Shown: positions 1-7,948 of the stretch, in pieces
Position numbering within the stretch: position 1 is the stretch's first letter
Layout of the letters: the number at the start of each line of letters is the position of its first letter
Origin: a virus
Taxonomy: Duplodnaviria; Caudoviricetes
Length of the DNA stretch: 35,257 bases
IMG/VR virus record: IMGVR_UViG_3300016263_000442
Span: 1-35,257 of that record
Strand: one strand, 5' to 3'
Notes under the pieces: generated by a model
What the model saw: the letters and a program-made list of their open reading frames with translations, nothing else
Databases searched by the model: none
Told to the model about the DNA's origin: nothing
Program-made: the position numbers and the translations under genes

Positions 1-22
1 AGCTATAAAAGAGTTAATAGGT
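1..22. repeat. 22-bp terminal direct repeat (copy 1); circular-assembly overlap
   Basis: AGCTATAAAAGAGTTAATAGGT at 1-22 is identical to 35236-35257. Confidence 0.95.
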
Positions 23-408
23 TTGCAAAGATAGCTCAAAATTCTAAGATTAATTTAATGCTTAAGCCTCAAGCTGATTTTGATGCAAAAGAACCTGATG
101 AGGGTGATCTAACGGTAGTCGCCAGGGTTGAGCACAAAGTCAGATACTTTGATTTTACTAACAGAGACGATTACCCGTATCAAAGTGTCTTCATTGATGA
201 GGTTTACAAGGTAAATAACAAAGAAGACAAAGTGCTGATGTATATCCTTGAGAACAAGGCCGGAACTCATGCTGCCGTAGTTTACGGGTTTACTCAATCG
301 CAATGGAAAATTAAAGACACCTATGACCACAGGCGGGGGCGTACCTGTGCTAATTTTGAAGTAGATAAAAACCTAGTTCGATTTTGTAAAATTGAAGAGG
401 TTTTTTAA
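1..408 (+). CDS. 3' part of a junction-spanning hypothetical protein (149 aa, starts at ATG 35194); possible PD-(D/E)xK-like fold
   Basis: Frame 1 is open from base 1 and continues ATG 35194 (MIMNNQDYINAFKE-SYKRVNRF...LMLKPQ). It contains GD..VEHK, and its stop overlaps the next ATG (TAATG). Confidence 0.7.
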   Translation, partial: SYKRVNRFAKIAQNSKINLMLKPQADFDAKEPDEGDLTVVARVEHKVRYFDFTNRDDYPYQSVFIDEVYKVNNKEDKVLMYILENKAGTHAAVVYGFTQSQWKIKDTYDHRRGRTCANFEVDKNLVRFCKIEEVF

Positions 409-956
409 TGCGGGTCCTAGTCGCCTGTGAATTTAGCGGAGTTGTTAGGGAGGCTTTTAGGCGCAAAGGCCATGATGCTTGGTCTTGCGATTTATTGCCA
501 GCAGAAGACGGCTCTCAGTTTCATATTGAAGGCGATTGTATTCAAGTTTTAGAAGACAAGTGGGATCTGATGGTTGCTCACCCACCTTGCACCCATTTGG
601 CGGTGTCAGGGGCTAGGTGGTTTAAAGATAAACAAAAGGAGCAGGCAGAGGCTTTAGATTTTGTTAAGTTATTGCTAAATGCTCCGATTGAAAAAATAGC
701 TTTAGAAAATCCAATAAGCATCATTTCTTCAAAAATTAAAAAGCCGGATCAAATTATACAGCCATGGCAATTTGGACATGGTGAGACAAAGGCGACTTGC
801 CTTTGGTTAAAAAATTTACCAAAGTTAAAACCTACAAAAATTGTAGACGGTCGGATTGCTAGGGTTCACAATTTGCCACCTTCGCCAGATAGATGGAAGC
901 TGCGGTCAATTACTTATCAAGGGATAGCGGATGCCATGGCAGAGCAGTGGGGTTAA
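408..956 (+). CDS. Compact phage DNA (cytosine-5) methyltransferase
   Basis: SAM-binding VLVACEFSG, SCD, catalytic HPPCT, ENP and C-terminal RS.TY.GIADAMAEQW. Confidence 0.85.
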   Translation: MRVLVACEFSGVVREAFRRKGHDAWSCDLLPAEDGSQFHIEGDCIQVLEDKWDLMVAHPPCTHLAVSGARWFKDKQKEQAEALDFVKLLLNAPIEKIALENPISIISSKIKKPDQIIQPWQFGHGETKATCLWLKNLPKLKPTKIVDGRIARVHNLPPSPDRWKLRSITYQGIADAMAEQWG

Positions 957-1288
957 ATGAACAAAAGAGGAGCAAGGGAATGCTCCAGTGCGACGACGAT
1001 GCTTTCCTCTTTGGCTTGTCCTAGACCTTCTCCAGTTCCAGACAATGCAAGAACTGCATGGCACATCTCATGAAGTAAAACGCCGCGCCAATCGCAGCCT
1101 TTCATCAGCCAAATAGTTTTAGAGTTGTAGTCAAAGGCTCCGTAAAGTTCTACGCCATCATCTTCAAGATATGGCTTAATTCGCACCTTAATCTTGTGAC
1201 CTAATATCGTTACAACTCTTGGGGGACGCTTGCGACTAAACAGACTTTTATGCCTTGTAGAGTTTGCCACGGAATACCCCCTCACCAT
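953..1288 (-). CDS. Small HEXXH zinc-metallopeptidase-like protein (ImmA/IrrE-like)
   Basis: LYG.F....TIW...LLHEMCHA...EE motif; the true start may be slightly downstream. Confidence 0.65.
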   Translation of the reverse strand: MVRGYSVANSTRHKSLFSRKRPPRVVTILGHKIKVRIKPYLEDDGVELYGAFDYNSKTIWLMKGCDWRGVLLHEMCHAVLALSGTGEGLGQAKEESIVVALEHSLAPLLFI

Positions 1289-1985
1289 TGTTAATTAACA
1301 TCGGCTCAAAGTGACCTTTGCCTTTTATAAAGGTGACAACTCCTATTGCTTGCTGCCAGGTGTTGGGAGCATGGATGTGGCTAGTCTTCTCTGCGATTGA
1401 ACCATGACCTAGACTAACTGACCACACTTTACCATCACTGGCATGGGCATATCGATGACTGTGGCCTTGTATAAATTTTGTATTCGGATATCTTGTCAAA
1501 TTTGCTGATGCTAAATTTTTATCAAAATACGTTCCATGGTGAAAAATAACATCATGTATTTTGCAAGAGTTCCATTTTTCATACGGATGCCACATAAACT
1601 TTTTGCCTGATTTAGACCTTTCTTTAAGTCTTAGCATTTCAGGTATTGGCCTAAATAGTTGATGCATCTGACGGCAATTTCTAGCCAGCATTTTCTGTGC
1701 CCGATTGCAGTGATTGCCTTCTAATTGATGGAATGTTGAATTCTTTGGCATAACAACTTGCCATTGATCCAGTATTTTATTATATGCCTCTAGATCTTTC
1801 ATGACGCAATCTTGACTATCTGCCGAAGTCAAATAAGTTGAAATTGTGCTGAAATCCATAGCATCGCCAAGCTGGATAATATATTGCGGCCTTAAATTTT
1901 TGATTAGTTGGGTGACAATGCTGATGAATTTGGGATCATGCTTATCTGAATGCAAGTCAGGAATAACCAGGGCAGTCTCAATCAT
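1248..1985 (-). CDS. Calcineurin-like metallophosphoesterase
   Basis: DLH, GD..D, GNH, HHG and GHSH motifs in order; RBS GAGGTG upstream. Confidence 0.9.
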   Translation of the reverse strand: MIETALVIPDLHSDKHDPKFISIVTQLIKNLRPQYIIQLGDAMDFSTISTYLTSADSQDCVMKDLEAYNKILDQWQVVMPKNSTFHQLEGNHCNRAQKMLARNCRQMHQLFRPIPEMLRLKERSKSGKKFMWHPYEKWNSCKIHDVIFHHGTYFDKNLASANLTRYPNTKFIQGHSHRYAHASDGKVWSVSLGHGSIAEKTSHIHAPNTWQQAIGVVTFIKGKGHFEPMLINNGEGVFRGKLYKA

Positions 1986-2036
1986 CAGGCCACCTCTTTG
2001 TTTATTAGTTAAGCAATTGTAACATGAGGTTAAAAA

Positions 2037-2648
2037 ATGTCGAAGTATGACAAAATTTCGGTTGGAACCATGTTTGGCAAAATTATGGTGTTAGACGTTG
2101 TTAAACATGATGGAAAAATAAAAATTTACGGCATTTGTGAGTGTGGTAAGACTGTATTTTCTAGGGCCGATTGTTATACAAAAATGGGCGTAAAAAGTTG
2201 CGGATGCACAAGAAAACATGGTTACAGATATTACCCAGAATATAATGTGTGGAAAGCCGCAAAAAGCAGATGTTTTAATAAAAATGATAAAATGTATAAA
2301 AATTATGGTGCTAGAGGCATATCAATGTTTGATGAATGGAAAAAAGATTTTAAAAAATTTTATGAAGCAATTGGCCCAAGACCATCAAATCGATATTCTC
2401 TTGACCGCATTGATAATGACAAAGGATATGAACCAGGAAATGTGAAATGGTCTACCGATATTGAACAAGCGTCAAATAAAACTAATAATAGAAAATTTAA
2501 AATATGTTGTCAGATTAAACATTTAAGAGAATGGTCTAGAATTTTTGGTGTTGATTATAAACTTGCTCATGCAAGGGTTCAATCTGGATGGCCTGTGGAA
2601 AAGGCACTATCACCATTCAAATTTAAAAATCGTAAAATAATTAGGTAG
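2037..2648 (+). CDS. Free-standing phage HNH (homing) endonuclease
   Basis: CECG...SCGC, Y..YGARGI, SLDRIDNDKGYEPGNVKW...Q..N motifs; visibly AT-richer than its neighbours. Confidence 0.88.
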   Translation: MSKYDKISVGTMFGKIMVLDVVKHDGKIKIYGICECGKTVFSRADCYTKMGVKSCGCTRKHGYRYYPEYNVWKAAKSRCFNKNDKMYKNYGARGISMFDEWKKDFKKFYEAIGPRPSNRYSLDRIDNDKGYEPGNVKWSTDIEQASNKTNNRKFKICCQIKHLREWSRIFGVDYKLAHARVQSGWPVEKALSPFKFKNRKIIR

Positions 2649-2702
2649 GTCTTCAATGATTGGCCTCCCTGTGCGTAGCGTTTGCTCAATAATAACACAG
2701 GT
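2636..2702 (-). pseudogene. Orphan 5' end (promoter, RBS, start, 7 codons) of a metallophosphoesterase-like gene
   Basis: The minus strand reads TGTTATTAT...AGGGAGG-N7-TTG AAG ACC TAC CTA ATT ATT (MKTYLII), resembling the start of 1248..1985 (MIETALVI-PDLH). Confidence 0.55.
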
Positions 2703-2788
2703 TGATGCTAATAATAAAAAATGGCATGATTGACTAGATTACCTTCTGTGAGGGTACTTCTGAAAGCCTGTGGCTTAGGGAGAGTTTT

Positions 2789-3259
2789 GTGGAAAATCTC
2801 AAGGATGAGATGCTAGGGAAAGCTGGGCGTCCGAAGCGGGAAATTGACTGGGAACAGGTCAAGAAACTTTGCTATATCCAATGTACACAAGGCGAAATAG
2901 CTGACATTTTAAAATGTCATGTACAAACATTAGATGCCGCTTGTTTGCGGGATCATTCTATTGAATTTTCAGAATACTATAAAATCCATACAAGTGAAGG
3001 CAAGGCGTCACTTCGCCGGACGATGTATAAGACTGCTATGCGGGGAAATCCTGCCATGCAGATCTGGCTATCTAAGAATTATTTAGGCATGAAAGAAAAT
3101 TGGAACTTGCCTGAAAATATAGCTCCGATAGTCTTAAGTTATCAGCCTAATAAAAAGGAATTACCTACGCAGGAGAATGGTTCTCAGGTGATAGATATTT
3201 CCGCAGATGAAGGGAAAGAGTATGCCGCTCAAGAAGGGAAAATCTCAGAAGGTGATTAG
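2789..3259 (+). CDS. terS: Terminase small subunit (putative)
   Basis: GRPK.EIDW HTH-like N-terminus, [22 protein letters not shown] motif, position upstream of terL. Confidence 0.7.
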   Translation: MENLKDEMLGKAGRPKREIDWEQVKKLCYIQCTQGEIADILKCHVQTLDAACLRDHSIEFSEYYKIHTSEGKASLRRTMYKTAMRGNPAMQIWLSKNYLGMKENWNLPENIAPIVLSYQPNKKELPTQENGSQVIDISADEGKEYAAQEGKISEGD

Positions 3260-3371
3260 TGAGAACATCCGAAAGTTAAAAAAAGAAGGTTATGATGCTC
3301 CAGGTCAGGCTGTGGCGATTGCACTAGAGAAAGCCGGTAAAAGTAAACCAAAAAAGAAAGGAAAAAAGTAA
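3222..3371 (+). CDS. Small basic phage protein (49 aa), not in the ORF track
   Basis: [49 protein letters not shown], a type common near terminase genes; TAATG overlap with the next gene. Confidence 0.8.
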   Translation: MPLKKGKSQKVISENIRKLKKEGYDAPGQAVAIALEKAGKSKPKKKGKK

Positions 3372-3562
3372 TGCGATTTTTAAAACTATTTGTAGGTCTA
3401 TTGACGCTGCCACTTGCTCTAGTAATCGGCGCAACTCTTTCCCCATTGATGTATTGCGTAGATCGCTGGGAGGCTTTTTTGGGTGCTTATTTCTACACTG
3501 CGCCTAAAATGGTGCCAGTAAAAACAAAAACAAAAGTCAAAAAAGTAGTTAAGAAAAAATGA
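3371..3562 (+). CDS. Small hydrophobic/basic hypothetical protein
   Basis: Overlapping start/stop on both sides; N-terminal hydrophobic segment. Confidence 0.65.
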   Translation: MRFLKLFVGLLTLPLALVIGATLSPLMYCVDRWEAFLGAYFYTAPKMVPVKTKTKVKKVVKKK

Positions 3563-3798
3563 GCATCCTTGCAATAGCAGTAATCACTGTAATCTTGTCC
3601 GTCATTTTCTTTGGATGGTTTACTGGTTTTATTATCGGTGACAATCTTAGGACGATGACTTGCCTTGTTACATTTGCCGTTATTCCGGCTGCTGCTATTG
3701 CTTGGCTTTTTTCTCAGTGGCTATTTGGTCCGCTCTGGTTATTTTCTTACTGGCTTGGAGTTCAGATAGCAGATTTTTTAAATCAGAAGGAATACTAA
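3559..3798 (+). CDS. Small membrane protein (2-3 TM)
   Basis: Almost entirely hydrophobic; ATGA overlap. Confidence 0.65.
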   Translation: MSILAIAVITVILSVIFFGWFTGFIIGDNLRTMTCLVTFAVIPAAAIAWLFSQWLFGPLWLFSYWLGVQIADFLNQKEY

Positions 3799-4422
3799 AT
3801 GTCAGAAATGCCTCAAGCTCTTGCCTATGAGCGGGTAAAGATTGATTCTCTAAAGTTTGATCCTAGAAATGCCCGTAAGCATGATGATCGCAATATTAAG
3901 GCCATCATGGATTCTCTGTCAAAGTTCGGACAGCAGAAGGCCATTGTCGTCGGAGAAGGCGGTGTTGTCATAGCCGGAAACGGTACGCTAGAAGCTGCGA
4001 AGCGATTAGGATGGGATACTATCGACATTAGACGCTCTGGCCTTAAAGCAGATGAAGCTACTGCTTACGCTATCGCTGATAATCGCAGCGCAGAGCTGGC
4101 AGAATGGGATGACCCAGTGCTTGGCGATATCTTGGGAGAGCTTAAAGAATCAGGTTGGGAGCTTGATGATTTGGGTTTTAATGACCAAGAATTAAATGCC
4201 ATATTAGCAAAAGTTGAAGAAATAGATTTGCCAGATTTAAAGGAAGGTGAAAAAGAGCCATTCCAGCAAATGGCATTTATTTTATCAGACCATCAATCTG
4301 AAATTGTAAAAATGGCTATTGAAAAAGCAAAAGAATTAGAAAATTTTGATGGGGAAGAAAATAAAAATGCAAATGGTAATGCGATTTATTTTATAGCCAA
4401 AAATTATTTGGAAAATAAATGA
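3799..4422 (+). CDS. ParB/Srx-like N-terminal domain protein of the type paired with phage DNA-modification genes
   Basis: L.FDPRNARKH...I..SL.KFGQQKAIVV...VIAGNGTLEAAKRLG...IADNR..ELAEWD...LGF. Confidence 0.85.
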   Translation: MSEMPQALAYERVKIDSLKFDPRNARKHDDRNIKAIMDSLSKFGQQKAIVVGEGGVVIAGNGTLEAAKRLGWDTIDIRRSGLKADEATAYAIADNRSAELAEWDDPVLGDILGELKESGWELDDLGFNDQELNAILAKVEEIDLPDLKEGEKEPFQQMAFILSDHQSEIVKMAIEKAKELENFDGEENKNANGNAIYFIAKNYLENK

Positions 4423-5159
4423 GCGCAAAAGATATAATAATAAAACCAATATCATCGCAAAATGCTGCTGCCTTAGTAAAGCGGGTGCATTATAGCGGAA
4501 AAGTTGTACCAAATAGCCAGCTTCATTTTGGTGTATTTTTAAATGATCGCCTAGAAGGTGTGCTTTCTTTTGGCGCATCTATGGATAAAAGAAAAACTGT
4601 AGCATTGGTATCTGGAACTAAATTCCATGATTTTTTAGAATTAAACAGAATGGCATTTACAGATCGCCTTCCAAAAAATTCTGAAAGCAGAGCAATATCA
4701 ATATGTTTAAAAATAATTAAAAAAAATTACCCAAATATAGAATGGGTTATATCTTATGCGGACGGCACACAGTGCGGCGATGGGACAATATATAGGGCAA
4801 GCGGATTTGTTTTGACTGGTATAAAAAAAAATACAACCATTTTAAAAATGCCAAATGGACAAATAATAGCCAGAAAAACATTGGATAATACTATAAGCAA
4901 AACAGGTGAATATCTTTCTTCAATCGCAAAAAAAAATGGAGCAAAACCACTTGATGGATATCAACTTAGGTATATTTATTTTTTAAATAAGGATGCAAGA
5001 AAGCGTTTAACTGTAGCGGAAATACCATATAAAAAAATTGCAGAAATAGGCGCATCCATGTATCTTGGAAAAAAACGCGCAGGAAGCAAAGATAGCGTTG
5101 CGTCCGGTTTCCAATCGGAAGAGGGCGGTGTAAATCCGACCCCTGCGCTCCAAACATGA
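4419..5159 (+). CDS. mom: Mom-like adenine modification enzyme (GNAT-fold DNA hypermodification)
   Basis: HYSGK...GVF...L.GV.SFG, LELNRMA...PKNSESRAIS, VISYAD..Q..G.IY.ASGF...G motifs typical of the Mu Mom family. Confidence 0.8.
   Translation: MSAKDIIIKPISSQNAAALVKRVHYSGKVVPNSQLHFGVFLNDRLEGVLSFGASMDKRKTVALVSGTKFHDFLELNRMAFTDRLPKNSESRAISICLKIIKKNYPNIEWVISYADGTQCGDGTIYRASGFVLTGIKKNTTILKMPNGQIIARKTLDNTISKTGEYLSSIAKKNGAKPLDGYQLRYIYFLNKDARKRLTVAEIPYKKIAEIGASMYLGKKRAGSKDSVASGFQSEEGGVNPTPALQT
5077..5152 (+). tRNA. Non-canonical tRNA-Gly(TCC)-like element overlapping the mom 3' end
   Basis: Acceptor GCGCAGG/CCTGCGC, D-stem GCAA/TTGC, anticodon stem TCCGG/TCGGA with loop TT-TCC-AA, T-stem GGGCGG/CCGACC (one G.A), T73 and encoded CCA. 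Lacks T8, the D-loop GG and TTC in the T-loop. Confidence 0.75.
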
Positions 5160-6511
5160 TCGGCTCAACCCCAACTCTCACAGAATTTGATCCAACCGTC
5201 ATACCGTTTCAAAAACAGGTTATTGATGACATAGATACATTTGATTACAGCAAAGGTACTCATGAGGTGCTTTTGTCTGGATCGGTTGGTTCTGCGAAAT
5301 CTATCCTCATGGCGCATATCATTATCCGGCACTGTTTAGAAAATAATAGAGCCAGATTCTTAATTGGTAGACGGGCACTGCCAGATCTAAAGGATACGCT
5401 TTACTTAAAAATATGTGAGCATCTTGAGGGAATAGATAGCCGCTATTACAGAGTGTGGGATAATATTGGTAAGATATGGTTCGTAAATGGCTCTGAAATT
5501 ATCAGCAAGTCCTGGGCAGATAAACGTTATAGTAAACTAAGATCGCTTGAACTCTCAGGCGCAGCGATTGAAGAACTAACGGAGAATACTGGCGATGACG
5601 AGCAAGCTTATCATGAAATTAAGATGCGGGTGGGCAGGTTGCCTCATGTTAATAAGCCTCTTATTATTGCTGCCACTAACCCTGATTCACCTGGCCATTG
5701 GGCTTACAAGTACTTTATTTCGCCTAACAGTAGTAATTCAAAGCATCCTACAAAGCACGTCTACTATTCTCGAACTGAAGATAATCCATTTCTGCCACCT
5801 CAGTACATTGCTCAACTCAAAGCAGACTTGGACCCAAAAAGAGCCAGGCGAATGCTTTACGGGGAGTGGATTGAAATTGCAGACGAAGTTATCTACTACC
5901 AGTACGACACCGAAGCTCAGAGTGATAAAACCATCTGGCGTCCAAGATCCGAAACTCCCATCCTGATATCATTTGACTTTAACATCGGGGATGGCAAGCC
6001 TTTGTCGGCAGTAGCTATGGCCTATGAAGACGGCTGCTTTCATGTTTTTGATGAGGTTATCATTGACGGAGCCAGAACTGATGAGGCTATTCAAGAGTTT
6101 TTTGACAGAGGTATAATTGTCCCAGGCAAGCAGTACGAAATCTATGGGGATGCGTCAGGCAAAAGCAGACATACCTCAAGCAAGCGAAGTGACTACGAAA
6201 TAATCAAAGAGGCTTTAGACCGTAACAATATCAAGTATAAGTATTGCGTACCATTAGCAAATCCGGCCATCAGGACAAGGCACAATCTAATTAACGCCTA
6301 TTGCCGCAACGAAAAAGGAGAAATCCGTTTATTTATCCATAATTGTCCCACAGTTAATGAGGGCTTAAGGCTGACTGCGTTTAAAAAAGGTGCTAACATT
6401 GTTGAGGATGATTCCAAAAGATATCAGCACGTAACAACGGCTCTAGGCTATTGTATGGTCAGGAAAGTATCAGACATGGAACGTGGTGGAATGCGTTCCG
6501 TTATCCTTTAA
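5156..6511 (+). CDS. terL: Terminase large subunit
   Basis: Walker A GSVGSAKS, Walker B-like AAIEE, coupling motif ATNP, nuclease SFDFN...YGDASG. Confidence 0.93.
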   Translation: MIGSTPTLTEFDPTVIPFQKQVIDDIDTFDYSKGTHEVLLSGSVGSAKSILMAHIIIRHCLENNRARFLIGRRALPDLKDTLYLKICEHLEGIDSRYYRVWDNIGKIWFVNGSEIISKSWADKRYSKLRSLELSGAAIEELTENTGDDEQAYHEIKMRVGRLPHVNKPLIIAATNPDSPGHWAYKYFISPNSSNSKHPTKHVYYSRTEDNPFLPPQYIAQLKADLDPKRARRMLYGEWIEIADEVIYYQYDTEAQSDKTIWRPRSETPILISFDFNIGDGKPLSAVAMAYEDGCFHVFDEVIIDGARTDEAIQEFFDRGIIVPGKQYEIYGDASGKSRHTSSKRSDYEIIKEALDRNNIKYKYCVPLANPAIRTRHNLINAYCRNEKGEIRLFIHNCPTVNEGLRLTAFKKGANIVEDDSKRYQHVTTALGYCMVRKVSDMERGGMRSVIL

Positions 6512-6523
6512 GGAGTTTTAGAA

Positions 6524-7948
6524 ATGATCGATCCTAAGTTAGTTAAGAAAGTAGTTCAGTCACAGGCTGATACACTGGCAACAAATTATAAAATGATCGA
6601 TCTGCTTGAAGGTAATCTTGAGCCTTATATTGTTAAAAATCTTGAGCGTTTGTTATCTCCCAGGGTACTTCGCTATGCTCTGGAGCGTATTGTTCCAATC
6701 AATATCATTCCTAGATACGTTGATAAACTTGCAAACATATATCAGACCGGAGTTATGCGGGAAGTGGCTGAAGGCTCTGAAGCTGACGCCGATTTGCTTT
6801 CATGGTACGAAAAACAAACTCACATTAATCAAATAATGCACCAATCTAACAGGCTTTATAATGCTTGCAGATCAACTTTGATTCATCCGTACATCACAGA
6901 AGATGGCCCAAAGGTCAGAGTTATTCCAAATGATCGCTTTGCTGTTCATAGCGATGATCCAATAGATCCGACAAAGCCCACAATGGTTGTTTTAATTGCT
7001 GGCAGAGATTCTCAAAAACGGGAAATCTACTGGGTTTACACTGATACTGAGTTTGCAGTTGTTAAATCTGATGAGTCTATTGACTTCGCTGCGATGGAGG
7101 AAATGGGACTAGCAGACGGTGTTAATCCTTACGGCGTATTGCCATTTGTTTATGTCAATCAAAGCAATCTGCGTCTTATTCCTAATCCAGATTTAGATTC
7201 TATTCGCCTAGCTGAGTACATTCCGGCAGCATTAACTGACCTTAACTTGGCTGCTTTGTTCTCTAGCTTTAGCATTACATACGTCAAGAATGGTGAGGTT
7301 GCAGACCCAACCTATGCGCCTAATGCTCTTTGGTTCTTGAAGTCTGACGATCCTGAGAAGGAAGTCGAAATAGGAACCCTAAAACCAGAAGTAGATTACA
7401 GGGAAGTCTTAAATCTAATTGAGTCAGAGCTTTCAATGTGGCTTGGTTCTAAAGGTATTAAGACAGGCGCAGTTGGTAATCTAACTACAGATCAGGCTGC
7501 AAGCGGTATTGCTAAGATTATTGATGAGGCCGATACGTTCGATGTACGCCAAGCTCAGACAGTAACATATGGCAAAGCAGAGCAAGCTATGTGGGACATG
7601 ATTCTACACAAAATGCACCCTATTTGGGTATCTCAAGGCATGGTTGAAAATCGTACAATTTTCTCAAGCATGGCTGAAGTTACTACTAGATTTTCAGTTA
7701 TCCCAGCAGGCACTCAACGTAGCCAGCTTATCCAAGAGCAGCGGGATGAGTATGCGGCCGGATTTACTACCCGTAGCAGAGCGATTGCTATGCTTAACCC
7801 ACAGATGACCTATGCTCAAATTGAAGAACTTGAGCGGGAAATTGATGAGGAGCGGGGCACTAATTTAGAAGCCAGAGAAGGTGAGACAGGCCCAATAGAA
7901 CGTCAAGAGGAAGACAATGGCGACCAAATGGCAGAAAATCAAGATTGA
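6524..7948 (+). CDS. Portal protein
   Basis: 474 aa directly after terL; NPYGVLPFV and ASGIA motifs of SPP1-like portals; RBS AAGGAG. Confidence 0.85.
   Translation: MIDPKLVKKVVQSQADTLATNYKMIDLLEGNLEPYIVKNLERLLSPRVLRYALERIVPINIIPRYVDKLANIYQTGVMREVAEGSEADADLLSWYEKQTHINQIMHQSNRLYNACRSTLIHPYITEDGPKVRVIPNDRFAVHSDDPIDPTKPTMVVLIAGRDSQKREIYWVYTDTEFAVVKSDESIDFAAMEEMGLADGVNPYGVLPFVYVNQSNLRLIPNPDLDSIRLAEYIPAALTDLNLAALFSSFSITYVKNGEVADPTYAPNALWFLKSDDPEKEVEIGTLKPEVDYREVLNLIESELSMWLGSKGIKTGAVGNLTTDQAASGIAKIIDEADTFDVRQAQTVTYGKAEQAMWDMILHKMHPIWVSQGMVENRTIFSSMAEVTTRFSVIPAGTQRSQLIQEQRDEYAAGFTTRSRAIAMLNPQMTYAQIEELEREIDEERGTNLEAREGETGPIERQEEDNGDQMAENQD

Noticed and set aside
1-22. 22-bp repeat as a physical terminal repeat of the virion DNA
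   Set aside because: It falls mid-ORF and has the size of an assembler overlap; it is evidence for circularity only.
2037-2648. HNH as part of a group I intron
   Set aside because: It is antisense to the interrupted gene and the flanks are too short to hold a ribozyme core.
3799-4422. ParB as a plasmid partition system
   Set aside because: No ParA and no HTH/parS-binding region; it belongs to the modification-associated ParB-like type.
5077-5152. tRNA-like sequence as an attP/integration remnant or an ordinary translational tRNA
   Set aside because: No integrase is present, the whole cloverleaf rather than only a 3' half is retained, and the D/T-loop consensus needed for a standard tRNA is missing.
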